62,168 nt of DNA from a virus (taxonomy: Duplodnaviria > Caudoviricetes): the IMG/VR virus record IMGVR_UViG_3300018432_000570, positions 1 through 62,168 of that record, one strand, 5' to 3'. The notes beneath the pieces were generated by a model. The model had not been told where the DNA came from. It saw only the letters and a list, made by a program, of their open reading frames with translations, and did not search any database. A program made the position numbers and the translations under genes. Shown here piece by piece: positions 42,560 to 53,069 of the stretch. How positions within the stretch are numbered: the stretch's first letter is position 1; each line of letters starts with the position of its first letter.

Positions 42560-43537
42560 TTAGGCAGCCCCCATCGCTTCGAGGATGGCGCGGCCGATCA
42601 GCTCCGGGATTTGCGGGACGACGGCGTTTCCGTAGGCGCGAAGCTGGCCCACTCGATGGGGAATCCCATGAGCCACGCGACCCACAGCGGGTTCAACCGA
42701 CCAGTCGTGATGTTCCCCTGCTCCACCGCACAGTCGAGCCTGTCGTTCAATCTGCTCTTTCCGGACAATCGGACCATCGCGCCGGCCGACGAGCCATTGT
42801 GCATCGCTACGGTAGGCGTGGGCCACCGGCGCACCGCGCCCACCAGCCCATTGCGCTTGTTCATGGGATCCACATTGCCCCCCTTCTCGGAATCGTTCGC
42901 CCGCGGAGTAGGCCAAATCTCTCGAGCCACTTGGATTGCAAAGCGCTCCAGGCAAACTGTCTGCTTCCGCCCGTCCGGTGTCATGCCTGTCGGCGTAGTT
43001 CCTTCCGGCAACGTCTGCCCCCCGCCCCCGACCGTTGGGGTGGGCCACAATCCAGAGCCGGTCGCGTCGGTGAGGCGCACCAACGGCGGAAGCGGGTATG
43101 CAATGCCACTCCGCATCGTACCCGAGCGCGGCCAGGGTCCCGAGAACGACGTCCAGCCCTCTAGCAAGCAGCGCTGCGACGTTCTCCACGAGGACGTAGC
43201 TGGGTCGAAGTTCGCCAATGAGGCGGGCATATTCGAACCAAAGTCCCGACCGCTCGCCAGCGAGGCCGGCGCCGGTTCCGGCGAAACTGATATCCTGGCA
43301 GGGAAACCCCCCACAGATGACGTCGACGGCGATCCCATCTGCGGCGAGGCAATCGGCGGTGAGAGTGCGAACGTCATCGTAACAGGGGACCTCCGGCCAA
43401 TGCTTGGCCAGCACGCGCCGGCAGAATGGATCGATCTCGCAGAATGCGACGGTCTTGAATCCGCCCGCACGCTCCAGACCGAGGTCGAAGCCGCCGATGC
43501 CAGCAAAGAGCGAAAGGACGCGAAGGGGCTCAGCCAT
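42560..43537 (-). CDS. DNA cytosine-C5 methyltransferase, large subunit (motifs I-VIII and X)
   Basis: LFAGIGG, GGFPCQ, ENV, GAPHRRDR, LRAYGNAVVP; no motif IX in this frame. Confidence 0.92.
   Translation of the reverse strand: MAEPLRVLSLFAGIGGFDLGLERAGGFKTVAFCEIDPFCRRVLAKHWPEVPCYDDVRTLTADCLAADGIAVDVICGGFPCQDISFAGTGAGLAGERSGLWFEYARLIGELRPSYVLVENVAALLARGLDVVLGTLAALGYDAEWHCIPASAVGAPHRRDRLWIVAHPNGRGRGADVAGRNYADRHDTGRAEADSLPGALCNPSGSRDLAYSAGERFREGGQCGSHEQAQWAGGRGAPVAHAYRSDAQWLVGRRDGPIVRKEQIERQARLCGGAGEHHDWSVEPAVGRVAHGIPHRVGQLRAYGNAVVPQIPELIGRAILEAMGAA
42598..43230 (-). CDS. Nested alternative-frame MTase small subunit (TRD-like repeats + motif IX)
   Basis: Three WPTP repeats and RLNPLWVAWLMGFPIEW; start uncertain (43230 or 43116). 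Confidence 0.75.
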   Translation of the reverse strand: MPASLANFDPATSSWRTSQRCLLEGWTSFSGPWPRSGTMRSGIAYPLPPLVRLTDATGSGLWPTPTVGGGGQTLPEGTTPTGMTPDGRKQTVCLERFAIQVAREIWPTPRANDSEKGGNVDPMNKRNGLVGAVRRWPTPTVAMHNGSSAGAMVRLSGKSRLNDRLDCAVEQGNITTGRLNPLWVAWLMGFPIEWASFAPTETPSSRKSRS

Positions 43538-44029
43538 CTACGCCTCCCTCGGCTCAAGAATGAAGCAGGCGATATGCCGCCCGGTGCCCTTGCCCTCGGA
43601 TCCGTCCTCAGTGGCGAGCCACTTGACGTCGCCGAGGTTCTCGACCTTGGCGCCGGCGGCGAGCAGCATCAGGAGCCACTTGTCGACCGGGTAGACGAGT
43701 ACGGTTCGGTTGCCTTTCGCCTGCTCCTCAATCGCCTTACGGGCCCATGCGGTCGGCCCTTTCTTCCGCGGCTTCTTGTCGCCCGGGCCTTGATGCAGGA
43801 TCGATCCGAAAGGCGGGTTGACGTAGTTCGACTTGCCCCACGGGGCCGTGAGGCCGTCGAAACCCTCTGGTTTCGGGAAGGGGCAAGGGTCGAAATCGAA
43901 GCTGAAGCGCGCGTCCAGCGGACCGTAAACGTCTGGCGGGGTCAGCCAATAGTGCTTCCCGTCATCGCCGTTGCCGACGTGGAACTTGTTCGCCGCGGGC
44001 GCGAGCTGCGACTGATGAACGGTTGCCAT
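43538..44029 (-). CDS. Phage Dam-like N6-adenine methyltransferase
   Basis: WLTPP, FDFDPC, YVNPPF. Confidence 0.8.
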   Translation of the reverse strand: MATVHQSQLAPAANKFHVGNGDDGKHYWLTPPDVYGPLDARFSFDFDPCPFPKPEGFDGLTAPWGKSNYVNPPFGSILHQGPGDKKPRKKGPTAWARKAIEEQAKGNRTVLVYPVDKWLLMLLAAGAKVENLGDVKWLATEDGSEGKGTGRHIACFILEPREA

Positions 44030-44188
44030 CTACACATCCCTCCGCTCAGCTTGGCGGGCGGGTGCGAGGAAGTGCCGGGTCTCTTCTGGGATGAAGAGGC
44101 GAATATCTCCCGAAGCGCAGATGACGAGTTGCGGTGCGTCGATCGGCACAAAGCGCAGCCCACCAATCCGGCGCCGGGGATCGGTCAT
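44030..44188 (-). CDS. Small hypothetical protein
   Basis: GGAGGAGG RBS before ATG 44188. Confidence 0.45.
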   Translation of the reverse strand: MTDPRRRIGGLRFVPIDAPQLVICASGDIRLFIPEETRHFLAPARQAERRDV

Positions 44189-44251
44189 CGACCTCCTCCC
44201 GGCGCCGGTGCTATCGTGCAGGTGGTTTGACGTGCACGAGAGGGAGATTCC

Positions 44252-44557
44252 GTGGACAAAACGGAGACGGAGGCGCTTGTCGAGCGCTTCAAAAAGGAGG
44301 CCGCTGAAAAGGCAGCAGAGCACACCGATGACGGCTTCCAACTTGCGCGAGCCCTGCTCCACGTCATGGGCAAGCGCTTCGGAGTTGCCTTTGTCTTGGA
44401 GGTGCAGCGCGAAGTGCTGGCACACGCCGACAACGTGGCAACTTGGGATGAGCCCTTCTGCCGCGAGGCGGCGGACATCCGAGAGGTCGCCAATGCGGGA
44501 TATTTTACAGATCTCATCGACGCGCTCTCAGTTGACGAGCCCGCTGGACGAGCCTGA
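44252..44557 (+). CDS. Hypothetical protein antisense to the early lytic operon
   Basis: GAGGGAG RBS; helical acidic protein. Confidence 0.6.
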   Translation: MDKTETEALVERFKKEAAEKAAEHTDDGFQLARALLHVMGKRFGVAFVLEVQREVLAHADNVATWDEPFCREAADIREVANAGYFTDLIDALSVDEPAGRA

Positions 44558-44803
44558 GCTGCTCGAACTCCTCCCGCGCTATCCGGCGAATGCGGTCGTT
44601 CAGGTTCTCGAAGGTGGGTTCGCGGGTCATGCGGCCGCTCCCGATGCAGGCCGTATCCGAAATCCTTCAATCTTCGGGGGATTGATCGAGGTTGGTTGCA
44701 AAGGGGACAGATCAGGTACATCAACGCGATGGGTCCGAAACGGTTGTTTCGAGTCCCGGCGGCATGGAGGTGCCGTCGTCGCACTTGGGCGGAGCGTTTT
44801 GTT

Positions 44804-45037
44804 ATGCCGCGTAAGAATGAGCTGGTGGCCTTCGTCGATACCAAACCGGACTTCCGGGAGATTGGCGGCCGAGTGTTCTACTCGCCCGTCGGAGGGGGCG
44901 AGGAGGACCTTCGCTGCATGCCGATCGCTATCTTTCGGCAGTGGATCGAAGCGGGGCAAAAACTGTTGGACGACTGGGATGCCAGGGCCGCGGCCGGCCC
45001 CATCCCCATCAAGGAGGCCGTTAAGCGAAAGAGGTGA
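44804..45037 (+). CDS. Hypothetical protein (antisense)
   Basis: GGAG RBS; MPRKNELVAFVD. Confidence 0.6.
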   Translation: MPRKNELVAFVDTKPDFREIGGRVFYSPVGGGEEDLRCMPIAIFRQWIEAGQKLLDDWDARAAAGPIPIKEAVKRKR

Positions 45038-45040
45038 TCT

Positions 45041-45247
45041 ATGCGATCCAAGCTCACCGTGCTGCTCAGTGAGGCTCCCACCGTCGAGATCGACGAAAAC
45101 GACGACGTCCACATCCGAGACGAAGGAACCGACGCTTCGGTGGATCGGGTTATGTCGATCCACAGCCTCATGGTTTATGTCCGCCGAGGCGATAAAGCTT
45201 TGGTCGACTGGCAGGTCAAAAACGGCCCGCTGCCTGCGATGGAGTAG
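45041..45247 (+). CDS. Hypothetical protein (antisense)
   Basis: GAGGTG RBS; ends 5 bp before the cro stop. Confidence 0.65.
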   Translation: MRSKLTVLLSEAPTVEIDENDDVHIRDEGTDASVDRVMSIHSLMVYVRRGDKALVDWQVKNGPLPAME

Positions 45248-45252
45248 CGCCG

Positions 45253-45468
45253 TCACGCGGCCTTTGCCTCTGCCCAGAGGCTCATCGGAACGGCGCCGCT
45301 CGTTTCCCGCTCAATGCGTAGGGCCAACTCAAGAGAAGGCCAGAAGGCGTCCTCAGCGTGGAGAAGCCGGTGAAAATTGCCCTTGTCGTAGCTGATGGCG
45401 CGCGCGAACGCGGCCGGGCGAATATCGTGGTTGTCCAGATACGAGCGGAGCGCGACTTTCGGGTTCAT
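45253..45468 (-). CDS. cro: Cro-like repressor
   Basis: 71 aa HTH, PSLELALRIERETSGAV; TTGACG-N17-TACAAC promoter just upstream. Confidence 0.85.
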   Translation of the reverse strand: MNPKVALRSYLDNHDIRPAAFARAISYDKGNFHRLLHAEDAFWPSLELALRIERETSGAVPMSLWAEAKAA

Positions 45469-45475
45469 GCTCAGA

Positions 45476-45492
45476 GTTGTATGTGATACAAC
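45476..45492. promoter_or_regulatory. Operator (OR-like)
   Basis: GTTGTATGTGATACAAC palindrome; half-site GTTGTATG at 45511. Confidence 0.8.
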
Positions 45493-45560
45493 AACTATCG
45501 TCAAGCGCTCGTTGTATGGCTACCGCTCGTCGGGGCCGTAGTTTCCGACGACAAAGCGGG

Positions 45561-45881
45561 ATGGCGCAAGCACCGCGATTCAGGCCGAATTTCATTCGCG
45601 CGTGGCGACAGTCCCGCAACATGTCTCTCGAGCAGCTGGCCGAGAAGGTGAAAATGGATAAGGGTAATCTGAGCAAGGTCGAGCGTAGCTTATTGCCCTA
45701 CAATCAGGAAATGCTCGAGCGGTTGGCCGATGCCCTAGGAACCGAGCCTGCAAACCTTTTGACCAGATCCCCTGGAGATCCAGAGGGAATTTGGTCAATC
45801 CTAGATCAAGCAAAACCTGGCGTGCGCCGCCAGATCGCCGAGGTTGCGGCTGCTCTCGTCCGCGCAGAAGCTAGTGAGTGA
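45561..45881 (+). CDS. CI-like XRE repressor without S24 peptidase domain
   Basis: 106 aa HTH divergent from cro; helix DKGNLSKVE. Confidence 0.85.
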   Translation: MAQAPRFRPNFIRAWRQSRNMSLEQLAEKVKMDKGNLSKVERSLLPYNQEMLERLADALGTEPANLLTRSPGDPEGIWSILDQAKPGVRRQIAEVAAALVRAEASE

Positions 45882-45903
45882 GGTCAGGTAAAGGGGCGCT
45901 GCC

Positions 45904-47520
45904 GTGAACAGGCTTATGTACGGCGACTGCCTCTCAATAATGCAGGACATGCCGCTCGGCAGCGTTGATCTCATTTATCTTGATCCACCGTTCAACTCGA
46001 ATCGCGACTATAATGCCATCTACAAGGACGAAACTGGGCGTCCTCTGCCGGACCAGATTGAGGCGTTCAATGATCTCTGGGAACTTTCCGAGGAGCGCCA
46101 ACGCGCAATTCGAATAATGCCGGTGTTGATGCGCGGCGCTGGCATTGACGACGAAATCGTAGAGTTCTGGAAGATCTGGATGAACGCGTTGCGGAACACG
46201 CAGCCGCGGCTCCTTGCGTACCTGTCCTATATGACCGAGCGCCTTTTGCCGCTCCGGGGCGTCCTGAAACCGACGGGCTCGATTTTCCTCCACTGTGACC
46301 CGACCGCCGCCCATTATATCAAAGTCATGATGGATAGCATTTTCGGGCATTCCAGCTTCGTCAACGAGATCATCTGGAAGCGCTACGGAGCTCACAACGA
46401 CGTGGGGCAGGGATCCAAGCATTTCGGTCGCGTTCACGACACAATCCTTTTTTATTCACGATCAGATAAGCGGACGTGGAACCAGCTCTATATGCCGCTG
46501 GACCCCGCCTATATTGAAACGACCTATAGGAATGTCGACAATAAGGGACGTCGCTTCACGACCACTCCGCTAACTGGCCCCGGCGGCGCGGCGAAGGGCA
46601 ACCCGGTATTCGAGTGGAACGGTCACACTCGCGCATGGCGATACAGCAGGGACACCATCCAGCGCCTGCATGACGAAGGGAAGCTGCACTACTCTCGCAC
46701 CGGCTATGCCCGCCAGAAACTGTTCCTAGAGGATTCTAAGGGCGTGCCGGTCCAATCCGTATGGAACGACATACCATCGCTGGTCGGCTCTAACAAAGAG
46801 CGCATGGGCTATCCCACTCAGAAGCCGTTGGCGCTGATGAAGCGGATTATAGAAGCCTCGACAAATCCGGGCGATGTTGTGTTTGACCCCTTTTGCGGCT
46901 GCGCGACAACCATCGAAGCGGCGCACACGCTGGGCCGCCGTTGGATCGGAATCGACATCGCAATTCACGCCATAAAGCGCGTGGCTAAGGTTAGATTGGA
47001 GGATCGGCTTGGGCTTCGGGAGGGCGTCGACTTTGTCATTGAAGGCGTTCCGCACACACTAGAGGGCGCCCAAGACCTCTGGGAGCGCGACAAGCACCAG
47101 TTCCAGAAGTGGGCGATCGAGCAAATCGACGGGTTTGTGACTTCCCGCAAAACTGCGGACGGCGGCATCGATGGCAGGCTCTATTTCTCCATTCCTGGGG
47201 AGCGTCATCTGCAAAGCATGGTCATTGAGGTGAAGGGGGGAAGAAACGTCAACGTGGACGTGATCCGCAGCCTTCGTGGGGTTCTAGAGCGCGATCAAGC
47301 CTTGATGGCCGGCCTTATCGTTATGGATACGCTAGGCCCGCGCAAGACAGCAAATTTCCGCCGAGAGATGGGGGAGGCTGGCGATCTAGATGTGAACGGA
47401 GTTCTCTACCCCAGGATGCAAATGCTCACGGTGTCGGACATTGTGTTTGGTAGGCGATTCCTGACGCCTACCGTGGCCAAGGGCAGGACAGTGTCCCAGC
47501 CCTTTCTTCCTATGGGCTAG
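45904..47520 (+). CDS. N6/N4 DNA methyltransferase with C-terminal Mrr-like endonuclease domain
   Basis: YLDPPF, YPTQKP, DPFCGCATT; ADGGIDG...IEVKG. Confidence 0.88.
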   Translation: MNRLMYGDCLSIMQDMPLGSVDLIYLDPPFNSNRDYNAIYKDETGRPLPDQIEAFNDLWELSEERQRAIRIMPVLMRGAGIDDEIVEFWKIWMNALRNTQPRLLAYLSYMTERLLPLRGVLKPTGSIFLHCDPTAAHYIKVMMDSIFGHSSFVNEIIWKRYGAHNDVGQGSKHFGRVHDTILFYSRSDKRTWNQLYMPLDPAYIETTYRNVDNKGRRFTTTPLTGPGGAAKGNPVFEWNGHTRAWRYSRDTIQRLHDEGKLHYSRTGYARQKLFLEDSKGVPVQSVWNDIPSLVGSNKERMGYPTQKPLALMKRIIEASTNPGDVVFDPFCGCATTIEAAHTLGRRWIGIDIAIHAIKRVAKVRLEDRLGLREGVDFVIEGVPHTLEGAQDLWERDKHQFQKWAIEQIDGFVTSRKTADGGIDGRLYFSIPGERHLQSMVIEVKGGRNVNVDVIRSLRGVLERDQALMAGLIVMDTLGPRKTANFRREMGEAGDLDVNGVLYPRMQMLTVSDIVFGRRFLTPTVAKGRTVSQPFLPMG

Positions 47521-47536
47521 CCTAAACACGACAAAA

Positions 47537-47588
47537 GTTGTCTCCCTTACAACTTTGCAGTTGACCGCCTCGTTGTAAGATGTACAAC
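47537..47588. promoter_or_regulatory. Two operators (OL-like) flanking a TTGACC -35
   Basis: GTTGT-N7-ACAAC at 47537-47553 and 47572-47588. Confidence 0.8.
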
Positions 47589-47616
47589 GCCTCCATCGAA
47601 ACAGATGGAGCAGACG

Positions 47617-47820
47617 ATGCAGACCCCTTCCCCCCTGGCCGACGGACAGCAGGTCCGGGTTACGTCGCCAGCCTATGGCGGGGCCGTCGCTACCGTTCGC
47701 CCCCGCACCGACTTCATTCCTGGCTTCCCCGGATTTGTCGGCGTGATCGTCGACGGAGAGCAGCAGAGAAACGTCCGTCTCAATCCCAATGGCTACGGCT
47801 GGGAACATCTCCCCGCCTGA
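47617..47820 (+). CDS. Hypothetical protein, first gene of the early + operon
   Basis: GGAG RBS directly after the operators. Confidence 0.6.
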   Translation: MQTPSPLADGQQVRVTSPAYGGAVATVRPRTDFIPGFPGFVGVIVDGEQQRNVRLNPNGYGWEHLPA

Positions 47821-47874
47821 CCTCCCCGGACGGCTCGGCACACGCCGGGCCGCGAGAACCCACAAGGATCGAAC

Positions 47875-48354
47875 ATGGCTCTTCCCGCAGCCCTCCAGAT
47901 GACTCTCTCCGGACGCGATCTTGTTCGCTTCTGGCTAAAGACCGACCAGAGCGGCGCATGCTGGATCTGGACAGCATCGCGTAATGCATCGGGCTACGGC
48001 ACATTCGCCATGGGCCGCACTAACCTGCGAGCGCATCGGGTGAGCTTTGCTCATCATCATGGTCCGATCCCAGCCGGCCTCGTGGTTTGCCACCGCTGCG
48101 ATAACCGGGCGTGCGTCAATCCTGACCATCTTTTCCTCGGGACCTACCGGGACAACACTCAAGACGCGATCGCGAAGGGGCGGTTCGTCAAGGTCAAGCC
48201 GGCGGCGTGCAAAGCCATCTGCAAGCGCGGGCACCTTATCGAAGGTGAAAACCGGCGGATGACAGTTCGCGGAGAGTCCAAGGGCTGTCGAGCCTGTCAC
48301 AGCCAGACAAACCGCGCACGTCGCGCCGCCGCGAGCTCGCAGGTGTCGCTGTGA
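47875..48354 (+). CDS. HNH endonuclease
   Basis: [33 protein letters not shown]. Confidence 0.9.
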   Translation: MALPAALQMTLSGRDLVRFWLKTDQSGACWIWTASRNASGYGTFAMGRTNLRAHRVSFAHHHGPIPAGLVVCHRCDNRACVNPDHLFLGTYRDNTQDAIAKGRFVKVKPAACKAICKRGHLIEGENRRMTVRGESKGCRACHSQTNRARRAAASSQVSL

Positions 48355-50243
48355 GCGCGCCCGTGAGCCCGACCGTGGCAACTGCCGAAACCCCCGAAAA
48401 CGACGACGACGTGGACTTCCTCGTTACCGTGGCGCTCGAAGTTGCTGGCGGATGCGACAGCTTTGCCAAGCGGCTCCGTGATTACGGCTTTCCGGGCGGC
48501 GCAGCCGGGCACGATCTTATGGCCCGCAAGCTTCGCGAAGCTGCTTCGAAAGTCGCTCGGTCATGAGCGCGGCCCCTACCTCACCTGTCGTAGATGGCTG
48601 GAACCCCCGGCCTGATCCGAACGGCACGAAGTTCAACGATGCCGCCTATCTCTGCGGCTACACCGATGGCTTCTATGGCGAGCCGTTCGGATCGCATGAC
48701 GACGGAAAATACGGTGCCTTTTCTGACTACCGCCCAGGGTTCTCCGACGGTCGTGCAGACGCAAAGAACGCTGAGGTATCTGCCCCCTCACCTGTCGTAG
48801 ATAAGTGGAGGCCGATTGATACGGCTCGCCCCGGCGCGAAAGTCGAAGGGTTGGCCGGCGCAGGCAAAATCATCAAAGGCCGGATCCCGCCGGCTACCAC
48901 GCGGGGCCAGCGCGGCTGGAACACTGTCATCGACAGTGACGGCATGCGGCACGTCTGCACGCATTGGCGCCCGCTCCCCAAGCCTCCGGTGAAATCATGA
49001 GGGGCTCCGACCTAAAGCCGGGCCAGCGGATCATCGTCTCCCGAGATGACGGAAGCGAGTTCGCCGCGAGGTTCACCAGCGCTGACAAGGTGGGCGGCCA
49101 GCCCGTCATTTACGCTACCTACGGTTGGCCATTGGTGCGGACCGTTGTCGCGGGCGAAGATCGCGTTCGCCTGCCCGAGGTGCAATCATGACCGCCCCCG
49201 GTGAGTGGATCGATTGGGCTGGAGGGGGGTGTCCGGTCGCGGCGACAGCGCAAGTCAAGACCATGCTTCGGTGTGAGCGCGAGGACCCCTCCAGTTACGT
49301 CGACGCGGTCCTCCCGGCCTCAGATTGCGAATGGCGTCACAACAAGCATGATCCGAAGCTCGACCTCGTTGCCTATCGGATCGTGTCGTGACCGCCCCCC
49401 GTCTGGAAGAGGGTTCCGATAAGGGGCTGTCGGTCGCCGATGTGCTGAACGGACTGACGAAGGCGCAGAGGCGATGCATCGTGAATGCTTCGATCGGCTA
49501 CAACGATGATGCCACCCTAGATCCGTCCGGTCGCCGGATGTTCTACCGCCTTATCGACAAGGGCCTCTTGGAGCACGTCTCGGGGATGGAACCTCCGGAC
49601 ATCGGCTTGACTCCCTTGGGCAAGGAAGTTCGCGCCGCTCTCCTTCGTGAAGCCTCCTCCAAAGCCCGTGAAGGGGAAGGGAGATGAGCGGCTGGACCAC
49701 GGGACCGTGGCAGGTTTCGGGCGTTCGCCTCAGCTATGCTCCGCGCATCGGCGTAGATACCCGCTTGTTGCAGGTTGGACCTGATGACGACATTCTGGCG
49801 CTAGTCTTTTTCGACATGCGGACGGCGCGAGGTCAATCTGACGCCCACCTTATCGCCGCCGCTCCTGATCTCGCCGAGGCGCTGGAAATAGTCCTCGAAA
49901 CTCCGGGATTTGTCAGAGGTCGAGATAAAGCGCTCGCCGCTCTGCTCAAAGCGAAAGGCGGGCAGTCATGACCCCCTCCCCCACCATGCTTAGGGAATTG
50001 GCTCGTAAGCTGTGGGCGCGTGCCTTCGGCACCGGGCTCTCGTCTTCGACCGAGCCTGCTTCGCGTCTCGGCCCTACGGACTTCGATCCCTCGCGCATTG
50101 CAGAGATTCACGCGAACGAAGAGATAATCCTGGCGGCACTTACCCAGGCCTACGATCTCAATCGCCTCGATTACATGCACTTCTCCGCCGCGTGGGACGT
50201 AACGATTGCGCGCCTAGGGGCTCTGAGCTGGCACCTCCCCAGC

Positions 50244-50327
50244 GATAGCGATCAAAGCGGCGAAGCCGGACAGACTGCGGAGCAGGCTGGGCCCGTAGGG
50301 CGCGAGCGCGGGCCGAAGGCATCGCCC
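50244..50327 (+). repeat. Multi-hairpin element, copy 1
   Basis: GATAGC...four short hairpins...ATCGCCC. Confidence 0.7.
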
Positions 50328-52277
50328 ACCCCCAGTATGGCTGAGATGGATAACGGATGGAGGCCAATCTCCGAGGCACCGAAGGATCGCGAGATCCTGG
50401 TGACGGGACACGACTGGGGCCGCGGACCTCGCCGCCACTACAACTTCGCCGTTTGGGACCATGACCAAAGCGAATGGCGCGCAGCCGGCGATCCCGATCA
50501 ATCCCTCGCGTACCTGACGCACTGGTATGACCTCCCCCTAGTTCCCCAGCCTCCCGAGGCACAGCCATGAACGCGAGGGAGATCGCAGCGAGCCTCACGA
50601 AGGGCAGCAGGCGGGCCTTGCCGCATCTGGGCGAGGATTGGCGCTTCGTAGGCCGCCCACGCTGGCTTCATGATGGCGTTTATTCCCTCGGTTGGGCGAC
50701 CGACGCTTGCCACCGCCTTATCGAGGTCCGGTGGGACGAGCGAGGCAGCTTGGAAGCTCGTCTTCGCGCTCTCGGCCTCGAAGTTCGGACCATCCTTCAG
50801 GAGCAAAAACCATGAGCTGGACAAGCAACGGTAAAGCCGTGGCATCGAGGGGTCCGTCCCCGCTGATCCTGGTCGACCGGACGTGCGATCCGCAGCTTGC
50901 GCTAGTCGACGCGACAATCTCGGCGCTGCAGGCGTCCCGGCTGGACGCGTCTCGTGGCAATTTCAGGGTCAGTCGATCAGGCCAGGCTGCCATCAACGCG
51001 ATGTACGATCTCACCGAAGTTGACGAGCTCTACGAAGTCGCCCGGGGAATATCCTTTGAGATTGGGGAGGTGGAATCGCTATGATCTCCCTCGCCAAGAG
51101 ATTGTCGCGGTACGTCGTTCGAGAGGACGATGGCACGATCAGCCTGACGGGGAGGCGGGCGCGGCAATTCCTCCCCAACTCCTCAAGGTTAGGCGATTGC
51201 CTTCGGCACCGTTCGGGCGTCCCTTCGGGACTGAGCCGCTTCGCGTCTCAGGCAAAGCCGCTCCTCACTATCGCGGGCGAACTCGCCTTCATCTCAGCCG
51301 TCGTGCTGGGGGCGGTGCTGATATGAGTTGGTGCGCTGTTTGTGGCGGCGGCCCCGAGCGGGCCCAAGCTGATACTTTGGACGGTGACCTGCCTCGGTGC
51401 GGCGTCTGCCAAGGCGAAAATCGCGGCTTGCTAGACTGGAACCCTCGCACCCGGACGCGCCGCTTCGTGCGCCCCGACGGCAACGCGACGAACGCTCAGC
51501 GCGATCCCGAAGCTTGGACCGAGTGGGTCCGCATTTCAGAATCGTGGGGGCATCCATGACCGCGCACACAAAGACTGTCGGCATAACCTGCCACGACTGT
51601 GGGCGGTTCGTGTCCTCCAGCTTTCTCGACCTCGCCACGCGCCAGCAACGCTGCTGGACCTGCCACCTGCAAGGAGTCTCCAAATGACCGTTCGCGAGCG
51701 CCTCGCCCGCTGGCTGGCACCCAACATCGCTCAGGACGCTGACGCCTACGGGTTTCTCCGCAATCAGCTTTCGGATGCCCAGCGCTGGCTGAGCGGGGAT
51801 TTTCCTGTCGTGGACGCCGTAATCCATTGGGCCGGGGTCCGAACCCGCAATCACTTTCGCGGCCTGTCCGATCAAGCATTCGCGCCGGTTCCTGGCATGC
51901 CGTGGATTAACGACATGCACGAATTTCGAACACACCTGCGCACCTTCCACGGCGCATTCTGGACGTGCAAGGCTCGCCTCCAGCCCAATGGACCCGACGA
52001 CCCGGCCGACTGCGATTGGCCCATCTGCGGCTGCGATCCGCACGCAGCGAAGGTTGTTGAGGCTCTGGAAGAGTCGGGCGCGCTTGGCGGGGACCGACAG
52101 GCTTCTGATCCCTCGCACATTCTCGACTATGAGCCGCATCTAGCCGAAGACCCATTCGGACCCGAGCGCTCCATTCGTTGGCTGGTTTACAACTATTACG
52201 GCGAGCATCTGCCGAGCGACGACAAGGCGCGTGCGGCTGCTGACCGATACGTAGCTGCGATTACCGCGCTGATCCGC

Positions 52278-52359
52278 GATAGCGGCAGGCTCCCGAAGGG
52301 CGAAGACCCGTCAGGGGCTGAGTGCGAAGCAAGCCAGAGCGGCCCGAAGGGCATCGCCC
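52278..52359 (+). repeat. Multi-hairpin element, copy 2
   Basis: Same architecture with compensatory stem changes. Confidence 0.75.
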
Positions 52360-53069
52360 ACCCTCCCCATCCTCAATCCCAGGACAAACCCAATGCCCTC
52401 TAGTGACCGGGTGTTCATGCCGTTCCTCGAGGCTGTCGATCAGCAGCAGGCGGCGCAGGATAGGCTGACTAGCTACTTCTCGGATGAAGCGGAAGCGGCT
52501 CGTCGTCAGCGCTTCGACGACCAGATGGCCGAGCTCAAGTGCATCCGCGAGGAGCTGGGCGTAATCCTCGGCGTGGCGGCAAAAGAATGACCCAGGATCT
52601 CGGCAATCCTCCCGAGCTGCGGCGGCCGATGATGGTCCAGTCGTCTCACCAGACTGCACTGGAAGCCAGCATGATCGAGCAGCTTACTGACGACGTTACG
52701 CACATCGTCCAACGGGTTCCCTTTGTGGAATGCGCGCCGGCCAGGCTCTGGTCGATCGGACTTCTCTCCGAGCTGGAGGACGCCTCGGCCAAGCTCGCCG
52801 CGAAGGTCGCCAAGCTCAAAGAGGCGCAAGGTGCGGATCGATGAGCCAGCAGAGGGATATTTCCAGATGCGGCTTCGGGCGAAAGGCCCGTGGATCCCGG
52901 TTCGCGTCTGGCTCGAGGACGGCGAGCGCGACCCGGAAACTTGGGAATTGCTCTCTGACCAGCGCTGGAAAGGGGAATGGGCGCCGCGAACGGACTCACC
53001 TCGCTTCTTTTCACTGGACCCCATGCGCTTCCTCAATCGGCTTCACCCCATCTCAAAGGACGATTTCCG

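Noticed and set aside
42560-43557. Sequencing frameshift in the C5 MTase
   Set aside because: Both frames are open throughout and motif X returns to frame A, which one error cannot explain.
42299-44230. 643-aa + strand ORF
   Set aside because: Antisense shadow of the methyltransferase genes.
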